Assembly: GCF_009834535.1 (NCBI RefSeq)
Contig: NC_045697.1
Coordinates: forward strand, 56,422,001-56,486,000
DNA length: 64,000 bases
Reading direction: 5' to 3'
Origin: Camelus ferus
Lineage: Eukaryota
Shown here one piece after another: positions 1 through 11,416 of the stretch. Every line of letters begins with the position of its first letter. The first letter of the stretch is position 1. Below the pieces are notes generated by a model. The model did not search any database and was not told where the DNA came from. It was given only the letters and a program-made list of their open reading frames with translations. Both the position numbers and the translations under genes were made by a program.

Positions 1-149
1 TTTGGATTCTTCTTTGTACAAACCAACACTTCTACCTAGTGAGTTTGAGCCTTGCCAGAAGTATATTTGGTTCCAAATCTTTTTATGCAGTTATGCATGT
101 TACTATTTTTATGATTTTATCAATTATTGAGTAAATCAATGAAACATAC

Positions 150-585
150 ATGGAAAAAGGCCATTATTTCCATGAAAACTAAATTAAATATTTTAGAAAG
201 ATGTAATGAATCTGAGTTAGTAAATTGAGTGGATAATGATAAAATACAGGGGGAAATTTGAACTTATATTGCTTTACAGATGTCTTTACAATCCAACTCC
301 ATTCTAAAGAAAAACAAAATTAGAGAGTGTTGATCATGAATTTTGGGTATGATCTTATGAAAAAAAATTATATGGAATTCTAATTCATGGCCCCCATACT
401 CTAAGAAAAGTCTAGAATAAACATGTTTGCATATATTTGAAGTTACATGCAAATTTAATGTGTTATTAATGTATGATTCGGTTTAATGTATGCATCTTTA
501 CTTTTTCTCATTGTAATAGATTGTTTGAACTAACTAACTAACAAGGAATCCCAGTAGCTTCAGATAAGTAATGCTTTGCGCTCTC
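150..585 (+). mobile_element. Ancient TcMar-Tigger DNA transposon remnant (Tigger13-like)
   Basis: Blocks aaaactaaattaaatattttagaaaga, tgtctttacaatccaactccattctaaagaaa, ggcccccatactctaagaaaag and terminal cagataagtaatgcttt resemble a recalled old Tigger consensus; heavily decayed. Confidence 0.45.
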
Positions 586-1442
586 ATGGCCTATTGTCTT
601 TATATGTCAACACTATTGTCTGTTTGGTTGGCTTGAGATAAGTCAGCCTTTGTGTTTTCCTAATACTTAAATTACTACTTGTCCATTAACTTTCTCCCTC
701 TTTCTTATTCGTGCTTGGCTAACTCATACATGTTTTTTGGTACCCACCTAAGACACATGACATATGTATTAACTCGTTAACAGTGTATGCACGTGTTTGT
801 ATATCATGTGCACAGAAAATACTTCTCAGGCTTTTTCCTTTCATTTAAAATTAAATTTTACTGTATTAATTCAAATTATTAAGCTCAAAACTCTATATTT
901 TTAATGTTTATTTACATCTTATAAGTATTACTCTTCTATTTATAAAACAGCACATTTTAACAATTACTTTAAGTGGCCTTTTGATTAATAGCCATTCTAA
1001 TACAAAAAGTTAGATATGTTTGCTAAAACTTTAAACTGGATTTACATGTTTAATACATTTGGTTTTCTTACTAAATACTCCAATAAATCTTCTCAAGTAC
1101 TTAAATAATACTTGAGAATCTGATAAATTACACTTATAAATATCTTTACTATTAAGTTCATTTAAGTGTTCCAGTAAAGTTTATAACCTGAGTAAAATTT
1201 CAACTTATAATAATAATTATACATATTATAGTATCATAAAATATTTTGGGAAAAAACTGTTACTCAATTAAGCCAAATTCTCTAGTGTTATACAAAGTGA
1301 ATAATATCAAAATATGCTCAGAATATTCCTTAACATAAAAGCAACTTTTGCACGTTGATTTTATTTTATTATTTCTACACCAAACTCTAATTCTTCTTGT
1401 GGATAAAATATCCTAACCCACCAAGGAACTGTTCTATCATCC

Positions 1443-2027
1443 TGTGTTGGGAAGCACAACACTCCTCCCGTAGATGTCCATACCACAATCTCTGGAAATG
1501 GTAAATATTTATTTTATGTGGCAAAAATGATTTAGTAGATTGGTTAATATATGGGCCTGGAGAGGGAGAGAATGTCCTGGATTTTCTGCTTTACCCCAAT
1601 CTAATCACACAAATCCTTAAAAGAAAGAATATTTCCTGGTCTGGTGAGATGTTACAATGGAAGAGGGGGAGAGAGAGAGATGTGACATTAGAAGAACTCA
1701 GTCCACTCCTGCTGACCTTGAAGACAGTGGAAGGGAGACAAGAGCCAAAGAGCACAGGTGGCTTCTACAGGCTGGGAATGTATCTCAGCTGACAACCAAT
1801 CTGAAAATCACAAAAAAACAGAATTCTGCCAACAAGCTGAATAAGTAAGGAAATTGATTCTCCTTGAAAGTCTCAAGAAACAAATGAAGCCCTATTATTA
1901 CTCTGATGTGAGCCTGGTGAGACCTGTGTGGGAGTTCAACCTACAGAATTAGAAGATGATAAATTTGTACTGGTGAAGCCGTTAAGTTTGTGATTGTATG
2001 TTACATAAACAACATAAAGCTAAGACA
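1443..2027 (+). mobile_element. MaLR solo LTR (MLT1E-like)
   Basis: TG start, MLT1 blocks (gatgtccat...atctctggaa, cagaattctgccaacaagctgaat, ataaatttgt...aagccgttaagtttgtg) and CA end (taagaca). Confidence 0.8.
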
Positions 2028-2404
2028 AGAACTGAACAAATTATTAAGATAGCGTCTCAGAATATTAGCATATTTGCCAGAAATTTAAACCAGATTGTGA
2101 ATACTGAGGCAACAATGACTTGGTACAGTTTTCAAACATCCAAACTGCTATATTGAGTCCTCATCTACCATGTTTACAACAATAGGAGACTTCCAGTCCA
2201 AAAAGAGTCATTTTGTAGTCAATAGCCCCCATAATTCATAGTTCATAGTCTACCTAACACTCAAACCTTCTATCGCTATACTTCTTGTTTGGATTCAACT
2301 ACAGTATTTATTATTCTGGTTGATGAGGAATTCTTTTAATATTCTTCTCATAATTTTTACATACTCTTAAATGACAGGTCTCATTGCCTCCAACTCTTCT
2401 GTCT

Positions 2405-2569
2405 CTCAAAAGCCCACTTGGTAATCCAGGATAAACTCATCACCTAAAGATTCTTAACTAAATTGCATCTGCAGAAACCCTTTTCTCCAAATAAACTAAT
2501 ATTCACAGGTTTCTGAGTATTAGGATGTGGATATACATTTTAGAGGCCACTATTCTGCTAAATACAGCA
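2405..2569 (-). mobile_element. MaLR MLT1 LTR 5' fragment
   Basis: taatccaggataa...catctgcagaaacccttttctccaaataa...attcacaggtt...taggatgtggatatac...ggccactattc is the reverse complement of an MLT1 5' part. Confidence 0.7.
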
Positions 2570-2847
2570 AGTAACCAAGCATAGTTTTATTTTTGAGATT
2601 TTTCTACAGTCATTTGAGAGTCATATGAGTGACTATGGTATTGCCTTAAACAAGTTAAAAAGTCCCCAATAATCACCACCAAGATACAATCACCATGTTT
2701 CTCAGACAGAGGCAAGTTAATTTTTGGCTTTCCACGGGAAGTACAGTTCTAAGGATGTAGCTGATACCCTTGGAGAGAAATTGTTGACAATTATTGGTGA
2801 TCTGCGTATCTGACCTACATCATTTGGGGAGTGCAAGGTTTTATTAC

Positions 2848-2957
2848 TTTTTTATTTTTATTTTTATTTATTTATTTTTACTGAAGCATAGTTGATTTCC
2901 AATGTTGTGTTAGTTTCAGGTGTACAGCAAAGTGATTCAGTTATGTATGAATATATT
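2848..2957 (-). mobile_element. L1 3' end (cetartiodactyl type), 5'-truncated
   Basis: T-rich tail then gaagcatagttgatttccaatgttgtgttagtttcaggtgtacagcaaagtgattc, the reverse complement of the L1 terminus also present at ~33970-34030. Confidence 0.8.
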
Positions 2958-3444
2958 GTAAAGGAGTACAAGTTGACGGCAACTTCAACATGACCTCTGG
3001 CTGGCTGGTAAGACTTAGTGTTCTCAATTCATTTAGAACAGTCAATATAGTCTCTCTTATTTATCCAGTCGCTGACTGGATGATATTTGGTCACCGTGGA
3101 ATGACTGAGTGACCGTTAAGGAATGGTGTGGGGCAGACTTCTGGAGGTTCTGGCAGATATTTTGCACAGGAGATGCAGGACATGGGACCACCCTCTGCTG
3201 TGTCTAATAGATGTCTAGGCAAGATTAGGTGGACTGTCTGTCTAAATACTTCAAAATGAGTATTCAAGACTTATACAGCTCTGTTTCTCAGGGCCCACCA
3301 GCAAAATGATATAGCTGCTTTTCAAGAGTAATGTTTCTGATAACTGTGTCAAGGAGGCAACTAGTCCAAAGCCCTATGAAATACTCTAAGGTGGAGGATG
3401 CCTTCATTTCTGGAAATTTCCTTTGTTGAAATAATCAATACTAA

Positions 3445-4253
3445 CTGTTTTTACTCATAATTCTTCTGTTCCCAAATGTCTGGGATTTTTCCTTCCACTA
3501 ACAATCTAGTCTCCAAGTCTCTGGACACCAGATAGGTATCCTAAAGTGTAATTCATTTCTGACACTAACTTCCTAGAATTAGCATCAAATCCCACAAGTT
3601 AAGTGTCCAGTCCCACAAGACTGCCCCTACTGAATAAGCCAGATGCAAGTTTTCTACTTTTAGGACTTCTGATTGACCAGCTATAAATTTGGGGGATTTC
3701 CATAGTCCTCCTCCTCACGTTTGATAATTTGCTAAAATGGATCACAGAATTTAAGAAAAGTACTTTATTTAAATGTACTAGTTTATTATAAAGAACATTA
3801 TAAGGAAGACAGATGAACAGCCAGATGAAGAGGTACATAGGGTGAGGTCCAGAAGGGTCCTGAACACAGGAGCTTCTGTCCCATGGAGTTAGAGTATGTC
3901 ACTCTCCTTGGCACGTGGATACATTTATGAACCCAAAAGCTCTCCCAACCTTGCCATTTAGGTGCTTCTTGGGATATTTCATCACATAGGCATGATTGAT
4001 TATCAAGTTAATCTCTAGTCCTTATCTCTTCCTCAGGGGTTGGGGAGAGTGGGGCTAGAACTTCCAAGCTTCTAATTGAAGCTAGTCTTTCTGGTGACCA
4101 GCCCCTATCATGAATTTACCTAGGGTCCCACTAAGAGTCACCTCATTAGAACAAAAGCAGCTCCTATCACCCTGGAAATTGCAAGAGATTGAAAAGCAAT
4201 TTGTCAGAACCCAAAGATAAAGATCAAATATACATTTCTTCTTATGTCATCAT
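3445..4253 (-). mobile_element. MER21-family LTR
   Basis: cagtcccacaagactgcccc, gatgaacagccagatgaagaggtacatagggtgaggtccagaagggtcc, gtctttctggtgaccagcccc and gagtcacctcattagaacaaaag match recalled MER21 in reverse orientation. Confidence 0.85.
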
Positions 4254-4494
4254 CAGTCACAAGGACTTGTAGTGAAAATATTCTTTCGGTTGTGGGACCA
4301 CAAAGGAAGTAGCACTTCTCTACAAATAGCTCTCCTCAGTAGGAAATGTGCAAGATGGGGAAATACGTGCATAAATACTCAGAAATTCCTACTATACATT
4401 CATGTATAAAGAAAGCAATAAGAGCAAATTAAATTGGTCCAAAGACTACACCTACAAGGTCAACTATCTTTCCTTCCCTAATGTGACTTCTGTC

Positions 4495-4947
4495 TGTAGT
4501 AGGTAGAATAATGGCCTCCCAAAGAGGTTCATATCCTAAACATTGAAATCTGTGAATAGGTTATGCTATATGGCAGAGGGGAATTAAGGTAGCAGATGGA
4601 CTTAGAGCTGCTAATGAATCAGCTGACCTTAAAATAGGGAGAATACCATGGATTATCTGGATGAACCCAATGTAATCACGGATTACATTGGATTGATAAA
4701 TGTGGAAGAGGGAGGCATTAGAGTTAGTGTCAGAGCGATGTGGTATGAGAAATACTCCACTAACTGCTTCCAGCTAAGAAGATGGAAGACGGTTGTAAGT
4801 CAACCCTCTTAGGTGCAGGGCAGGCAGCACCTAAAATCTGGAAAAGCAAGAAAGTAAATTTTTGCCTAAATTCTCCAGAAGTAATTTAGTCTTGCTAACA
4901 TCTTGCTTTTTGCCCATTTGAAACCCATTTCAGACTCTTGACCTCCA
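4495..4947 (+). mobile_element. MaLR LTR (MLT1D-like), 3'-truncated
   Basis: tgtagtaggtagaataatggcctcccaaaga, ggaattaaggtagcagatgga, cagctgaccttaaaatagggaga, cccatttcagactcttgacctcca. Confidence 0.85.
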
Positions 4948-5113
4948 TCCCATCAGTTTAACTCAAGGGCACTGAATCCCACATAACAAGATAGCATGGT
5001 GACTTGGAGATCTATATTCAAAAACCTATAAAAATAGAACCCTTTTCTTCATTTTAGAAAACTTCCTATCAAAAATGTTTTAACTCTTTTGTCAAATGTT
5101 ATCACCATTTATG

Positions 5114-5527
5114 TGTGAAGGAAAAGCCAGGCTGGTCTAACAAGATAACTCACAAGTCTAAGTATCGGAATACTGATCTGAGTTCTGCTGGACTAACTTG
5201 TAAATCTAAGTTAATTAGTGTTGGTTTGCTCTTCATGTTTTTTTGCTATCCAGCTGGATTTTCAAAGATATATATCTGGCTTTGGAATGTTGGTTTGCTG
5301 CCTCCCTGCCTCCACTTTTGTGATAATGATGCTGCTAAAGCTGTTCCATGCCTATTGGCCGAATACCCCAAGCTTGTACTTTACCCTATAAAACCTCACG
5401 CGCACGTCTTGGAGGTGCTCAGAGCTTCAGAGCAGAAGCCCCTCTGAGCCCGCCGGTCTAATACATCTGAGTACTCCAACCCTCCGAGTGGTGCTTGTTT
5501 CTTGGCTGGTCTGTCATTTCTGTAACA
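5114..5527 (+). mobile_element. Relatively young ERV1-type solo LTR
   Basis: TG...CA termini (tgtgaagg...tgtaaca), ~414 bp, inverted CCAAT at 5354-5358, TATAAAA at 5387-5393, AATACA at 5461-5466, several retained CpGs; no clear TSD. Confidence 0.65.
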
Positions 5528-5676
5528 AGCTGAGGAGAGAGGCTCATCAGAAATCAGCCAGACCACACTGGTCCTTGATCTTAGACTTCCAGCCTCCAGA
5601 ACCATGAGAAAATAAATTTCTGTTGTTTATGCCACCTAGTATGTGATATTTTGTTACGGCAGTCTGAGAAGACTCA
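5528..5676 (+). mobile_element. MaLR MLT1A/B-like LTR 3' fragment
   Basis: ccttgatcttagacttccagcctccagaaccatgagaaaataaatttctgttgtttatgccacctagtatgtgatattttgttacggcag. Confidence 0.85.
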
Positions 5677-5717
5677 TTTGCTTTTCAATTAATGTACAGT
5701 TATTTTCATATTTAGAA

Positions 5718-5900
5718 GCAGAGTTCCTGAGATCAAGTTTGGCTTTTATACTTAGCTGCTGGATTTTAAGCAAGTGACTTAGCTTCTGTGTGTCTCCATT
5801 TCATCATCTGTAAAATGAGAATTATTATAGTACCTACCTTACAGGGTTGTGGTGAAGATTAAATAATATATTTTAGCTAAAGGCTTTGGAAAAGTCCCAG
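5718..5900 (+). mobile_element. MIR SINE
   Basis: MIR core gcaagtgacttagcttctgtgtgtctccatttcatcatctgtaaaatgaga...tacctaccttacagggttgtggtgaagattaaat. Confidence 0.8.
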
Positions 5901-7014
5901 GAAATAGAATAATTAGTCATCATGAAAACGGTGGTGGTAGTTACATAGACTTGGAGAATCACAAGCTCTAAAAAGTCAACTGAAGGCAGTTTAATAATGT
6001 TCCTAATAAAATGTTATGGCCATATCTCAGAATATAAAATAGTTCAAATGGTACACGTTTGTGTTTGGGGGCAGGGTTGTTGGCAGTCTGCTTCATTTCT
6101 AAATCCTCAGCAGCACTCAAGGCCCTCCAGGGAAAACCAACTGTTGACAATCTTTAATGTATAGTTAGTACAAGCATACATCTGCTATTTAAATGCATGT
6201 ACCATATTTTGAGAAGATCTCAGGAGCTAGAGAAGGAGCATCAAATTAACATGATTTAGGTTAGTAGAATAATTTCGCATAATTATTGCCATTAAAAACT
6301 TGGCACAAACTTTTTAATATCTTTTTCTTTGAACTTAGAGTGTTTTGAGACCCACTATCCTGTTTTTGGCACGTGTTAAGATACCGGTGACCTTATGATC
6401 ATGCCAGCATTGCTCTTGGCTCTTAAACTTCTGCAGCATTCCAAGCCTACACACTGCAAAAGACAAATAACAAAAATGACATTTCACCAATCTGACCCAT
6501 TTCTTCCAAATAAACCATGAGAGTCAACTGCAGGTTTATCAGAAGAAACAATTCCCTGAACTCTATCTCTCTCGAGCCACAGACTGACATTTCTTTGCTG
6601 TTGGAAAAGACTGAAGTCATACACAGTATTGTTTAACTGAAAAGAAAAAAAGAAATCTTCCCAGGTGTCCCTCCACACACATATAATACAAACAAAGAAG
6701 GGAAAAAAATTAATCATATTTTTCCAAATTATAAAGGAACTAGAAAATTAACTTTCATAAATGTATGTGATACATCATTTTGGTTCAGCATATAAGATTT
6801 TACGTGGCGTACATAGTAAAATAAGTAAATTAAAGAACAAGTGAATAAATAGACAATGGACCAATATTCTAACCATTAAGAAAAACAAGATTGGAATTGC
6901 TTGATTTTCAAGAATTTGGAAATACACAAACATAAATGCCAAGCAATGATACTGACCAAAAGAAAGTGTTATTTTTATAAGACTCTACATGAAGTAGAAG
7001 AAATAGTATGTTAG

Positions 7015-7153
7015 CTGGGGGGAGAGTGTAGCTCAGTGGTAGAGCACATACTTAGCATGAACGAGGTCCTAGGTTCAATTCCCAGCACCTCCATTAAAAA
7101 ATAAGTAAATAAACCTAATCCCTCCCCACAACCAAAAGAAAACAAAACAAAAA
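7015..7153 (+). mobile_element. tRNA-Ala-derived SINE (camelid vic-1-like)
   Basis: tRNA-Ala(AGC)-like head with A box 7029-7039 and B box 7072-7082, A-rich tail, perfect 17-bp TSD aagaaatagtatgttag at 6998-7014 and 7154-7170. Confidence 0.9.
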
Positions 7154-9060
7154 AAGAAATAGTATGTTAGTGATCACATGAGATTAGATCTCCTGACAGT
7201 TTTACTTTTCTTCCAATAAAAGATATATTTACCAAAAGGAAATTGAAATCTTATTGATTTTTTTGAAATGCAGTACATTTCAAGGTTGACATTTAAACAT
7301 AGACCCTAGGTTTAATAATGTTCTTAAACCAAAATGTCATTCTTTTGCAGAGACAAAATGCTTTGGGATTGGAACAAAAAGGCCTTCTATAACTGAATGT
7401 ACTCACTGAAGAATATTTCCACTAGTGGATTAGAAAGAAAAATACTGTAGGGATTCAAGTTATCATTATCTTAATTAATCTATTTTATTTTTATCTTTCT
7501 TGCAGCAAATATTACAGGTCATTGACTTCATTTGGAACACCGAGACGAAGGTATCGCAAGTATTATAATATCAATAAAATCTCACATGAAATATTTACAT
7601 AGTTAAGTACTAAATGTTGACCAAAGTAAATGATATTCTTTTCAGGTTTGGTGTGCTCAGTGGCCTGTAGCCAAGACTGATATCAGAGGAGAAACTCAAG
7701 TCCTGAATCAACCATGAACTTTACAAAGTACATAATTTTGTTTAAAATAACAATTATTTGTATTGGCTTGCTTAGTCAATTTACCTGTGAAAAATATGAA
7801 TGAAACAGATTGGAAAACAAAAGGCCACAGAGCATATTCTGTTTATTAGCTTGAACAGTGTTTCTCTTATATGTTCATGTGTGTGTGTGTGTGCATACAC
7901 ATGTACACGCACACACACAATGAAAGACACCAGTGAGCCATTTCATACTGGACTGAACATATATTCTTTAAAGAGAGATTTTTTGAATTCTTGTTATATG
8001 TCAAGTAGTATCCTGGGTATTGGACCTGTGGCAGTGAGCAAAGCACATAACATTCTCTGCCCCATGGCACTTCCATTCCAGCAGGGAGAAACAGAGAGTG
8101 GTTGAGTGAAAAGTGTACTCTATTGAGAAAGCCTGGGATTTGGAATCAGACTTCTTCAGAAATCAAATGTTCTCAGTATGGCCCCTGAGATGCTGGGTGA
8201 CCTTGGACACGTTATTTAATACCTTAAAGTCACAAATTTTATCTTTAGAATTAGGATAAGCTGATTGTTGTAAGAGAATTCTGGGCAATGTTAGTCAAGT
8301 GGTCTTTTATTTTGCCAAAATTTCTACTAAAAAATCGATTTCTTTTGCCAGTTGTAACTCAAGAGACATCAGAAAGCTAAGAGGCAGATCAGTCAAAGCA
8401 ATATTTTTTACCAAGGTGATTTTATTTATTTTTTCCCTATCTTAGATAGCATGGGATAATAAATACAACAAAAATACAACAACTGACCCTTGTTTCCTTG
8501 TCTTCTAATGATGCAGTTTTTTTCCTTGACAGTTTTGGTTACTGACCCTAGATTCCAGACCCTATGTTTGAGGAGGGGTAGACAAAAGAGGTTGTGTTTC
8601 CATGGACACAATCTGGACACACTGCTTCTCCCCCTTGAGATAACTTCCCTCCCTCCTTTATGCCTAAGATGATTGACTACGATGACATCTAATTACAACT
8701 TTTCCTTTCTCATTTGCATCACTAAGGGCCTGGCTTCTTTATTCATCATTAGAGATATCACAACGTGGCAGGCATGAAAGAATTTCTCATGACATAATGT
8801 GGGAAACAAAGACAAAGGAACATTGTGTGCTTTCATTCCATTTCCTTGTTATAACTGACTTAAATTGGCTCGTGGGAATGGAATGGCTTAAGGTTGGTTC
8901 TATCAGGCTTTCTTTGTGACAATTTACCAATTCTAAGTATTCACAGATGACAGTGCATTGTCACATGGAAAAAGCCTGAAATCCCCCAGGCCACTAGAGG
9001 CAGAGTTGTTCAAAGAATCCTGGTTATATTTATTTTAGCATCTCTATCTCTATCACGAAT

Positions 9061-9068
9061 CACACACA

Positions 9069-9110
<42 letters not shown>

Positions 9111-9153
9111 TGCACACACATATATACACACATTCATATATGCACACACACAT
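9061..9153. repeat. (CA)n microsatellite with degenerate CA/TA extension
   Basis: Long CA dinucleotide run seen directly. Confidence 0.95.
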
Positions 9154-9204
9154 ATGGATAATAGATTGATCCCAGGTTTGGAATGTATATTAATGAGAAG
9201 GCAG

Positions 9205-9440
9205 GTATATTAGGTTGTCCAGAGAAATGGAACTAATATGATGTGTGTGTATGTAGAAAGGTATTTATTAATCATGTGATTATGGAAGCTGACCAGTCCA
9301 AACTCTGCAGGCTGAAGATTCAGGAGAGCTGATGTTCCAGCTCCAGGCTGAAGGCCAGATGCTTGAAGACCTAGAATAGCTGATGGTGCAGATGAAGTCT
9401 GAAGGCAATCTGCTGGAAAATTCCCTCTTGCTGAGGGAGT
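9205..9440 (-). mobile_element. ERVL LTR fragment (MLT2C-like)
   Basis: tattaggttgtccagagaaatggaactaat and gctgatggtgcagatgaagtctgaaggcaatctgctggaaaattccctcttgct are reverse complements of the MLT2 3' half. Confidence 0.75.
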
Positions 9441-9629
9441 GTGCCCAGAGCAAAGAGAGCCTAAGACTCAAAGAACAATATTAAGTTTAGCATAATTGTC
9501 CTATCACCATGATCACCTTTGCACCATCAGAATTTATGAATACACATGTGGATTCTCCTATTTTGTTCTTTTTAAATTTTCAATGAAAAGGGTGCCCTTC
9601 CTTGAACATTGCATATGAAATAACAAACA

Positions 9630-10132
9630 CCAAAAGAAATGGAGGAAGCTTAAATACATATTACTATGTGAAAGAAGCCAATCTGTAAAGGCTATAAACC
9701 TTATGATTCCAACTCTATGACATTCTAGAAAAGGCAAAACTGTGGAGACTAAAAAGATCAGTGGTTGTGAGGGCTTGGGCACGGGGTTGAGAGGGACAAA
9801 TAGTTGAAAAACAGAGGATTTTGAGGGCAGTAAAAATACTCTGTATGATACTATAATGATGGATATATGTCATTATATATTTGTACAGACCCATAGAATG
9901 TACCACACCAAGTGTGAACCCTAATGTAAACTATGACTGAGTGATAATGATGTGTCAGCGTAGGTTCACCAGTTTTAACATAGACACATATATACCGCTG
10001 TTGGGAGATGTTTATAATGGGGGAGACTGTATATGAGGGGGCATAGGGTCTATGGGAAATCTCTGTACCTTCCTTCTGATTTTGCTGTGACCATAAAATT
10101 GCTCCAAAAAATTAAAATCTTTAAAAAAAAAA
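9630..10132 (+). mobile_element. Old L1 3' UTR (L1MC1-like) with A tail
   Basis: gtgaaagaagccaatctg, gacattctagaaaaggcaaaactgtggagac, cccatagaatgtac...gtgaaccctaatgtaaactatg, tatgggaaatctctgtacctt, then poly(A). Confidence 0.85.
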
Positions 10133-11322
10133 CCTTACTTATTTTTAAAGCCACATTCTCATAATCCTTGAGACTCATGGACCCCTTACTGTTTTTTATG
10201 TCATATATATTTCTGAACACACTGAGATATCCTTTAACTCAAATTTTCCAGGTGAGAACAAAATTCTAAATCCACCAGTTTAAATGGTATTCAGTAAATG
10301 GAATAAGAAATGGAAGCTATGTACTAATGATACTTAATATTTAAAATTATATCATTTAGAAAATATTATAACTCATTCCATGATAACACACATTGTGTTT
10401 TTCCCAAAATCAGTGTGCAGCTCTCTGATTTAATACTAGATATGAAATATATTCCTTTTTAGTCGGTGGCCCTATCGGGAACATACCAGTAAAGATGTCA
10501 AGTCAGAAGGGACATTATTTATTACCTTTGGAAACTATGTAAGTAAACATTCACTGTATTTTTCCATTTTAAAATTTAGGAGATTTTTGGGCACATGATA
10601 AGCACTCAATAAACGTTTGCCAAATTATTTACCTCTAGCTCGTCCTGGGTCTTGCTGGTTGGCAGGGTTTAGGATGAGCATGGTAAAAACACAGCACTGA
10701 AATTTCTTTTTTTCTTTTATATGAAAATGGGTTGAAGCACTTTTGCTTTGTCACATCTTTCTTACAAAAAGGTGTATCTTGGATACTCTGATAGAATCAC
10801 TTCACTGTCAATACTAGTAGAAAAGAAGAAACCAAAGCATGGGAGAGAAAAAAGATACCAAAGCAAGGTATTCAGTGGCTATGGGCAACACATGTATTTC
10901 TACAGTAAAACAGAGTTCTTGTGTTAGAAACTACAATAATTCATACACTATGCTTATTATTGATTTATAATTAGTTTAAAAGCAAAACATCAAGTCAAAC
11001 ATTTTTAAATGTTTTCTGTCAGAATTTTTTAGGATTGCTATTCTTTTATACTCCCAGATTTCTGAATCTTTACAAATATGAAGTTTCTAATTAACTAACC
11101 AAAATGACATTTATAGGTGAAACTAAAGAAAATAATTGCTAAAAAAAGTCTTCATAAATACTTAGCTCAAAGCCTTCCTTTTCTTACCCAGTTTGGCACA
11201 GATTTCAACACACTGAAGATTTTTCTTACTTTTACTACTACTTCCTGAAAGTCATATAATGCAGATATTACAAACATTCTACATGTAGAAACATAGATTA
11301 ATAAAGAACTATTTCAAAAAGC

Positions 11323-11416
11323 TTCTTCACAATTATTTGAAATTATTAAGATGAAGGATTTTTCTTAGGAAATTCTTTATTCCTTCACCTTAATAATTTC
11401 AAATAATTGTGAAGAA
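11323..11416. repeat. Near-perfect inverted repeat, 36-bp arms with 22-nt spacer
   Basis: 11323-11358 ttcttcacaattatttgaaattattaagatgaagga matches the reverse complement of 11381-11416 at 35/36 positions. Confidence 0.95.

Larger units (their letters stand above)
2100..4490 (-). mobile_element. Decayed ERVL (class III) internal pro-pol region, interrupted by younger insertions
   Basis: Minus strand ~3260-3380 reads GLWTSCLLDTVIRNITLEKQL..CWWAL.ETEL (ERVL RNaseH-like GFW...FEKQLLACYWALVETE); ~4370-4410 reads IHECIVGI (protease-like PECIIGID); integrase-like traces at 2280-2760. Confidence 0.6.

Noticed and set aside
7017..7094. tRNA-Ala(AGC) gene (also at 18505, 25940, 50390)
   Set aside because: Stems are mismatched and A-rich tails, with TSDs in most copies, identify these as SINE heads rather than tRNA genes.
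8989..9005. CTCF sites (also 35190, 55720, 56953)
   Set aside because: Each misses two or more core positions of CCASYAGRKGGCRS, so none is supportable without ChIP data.
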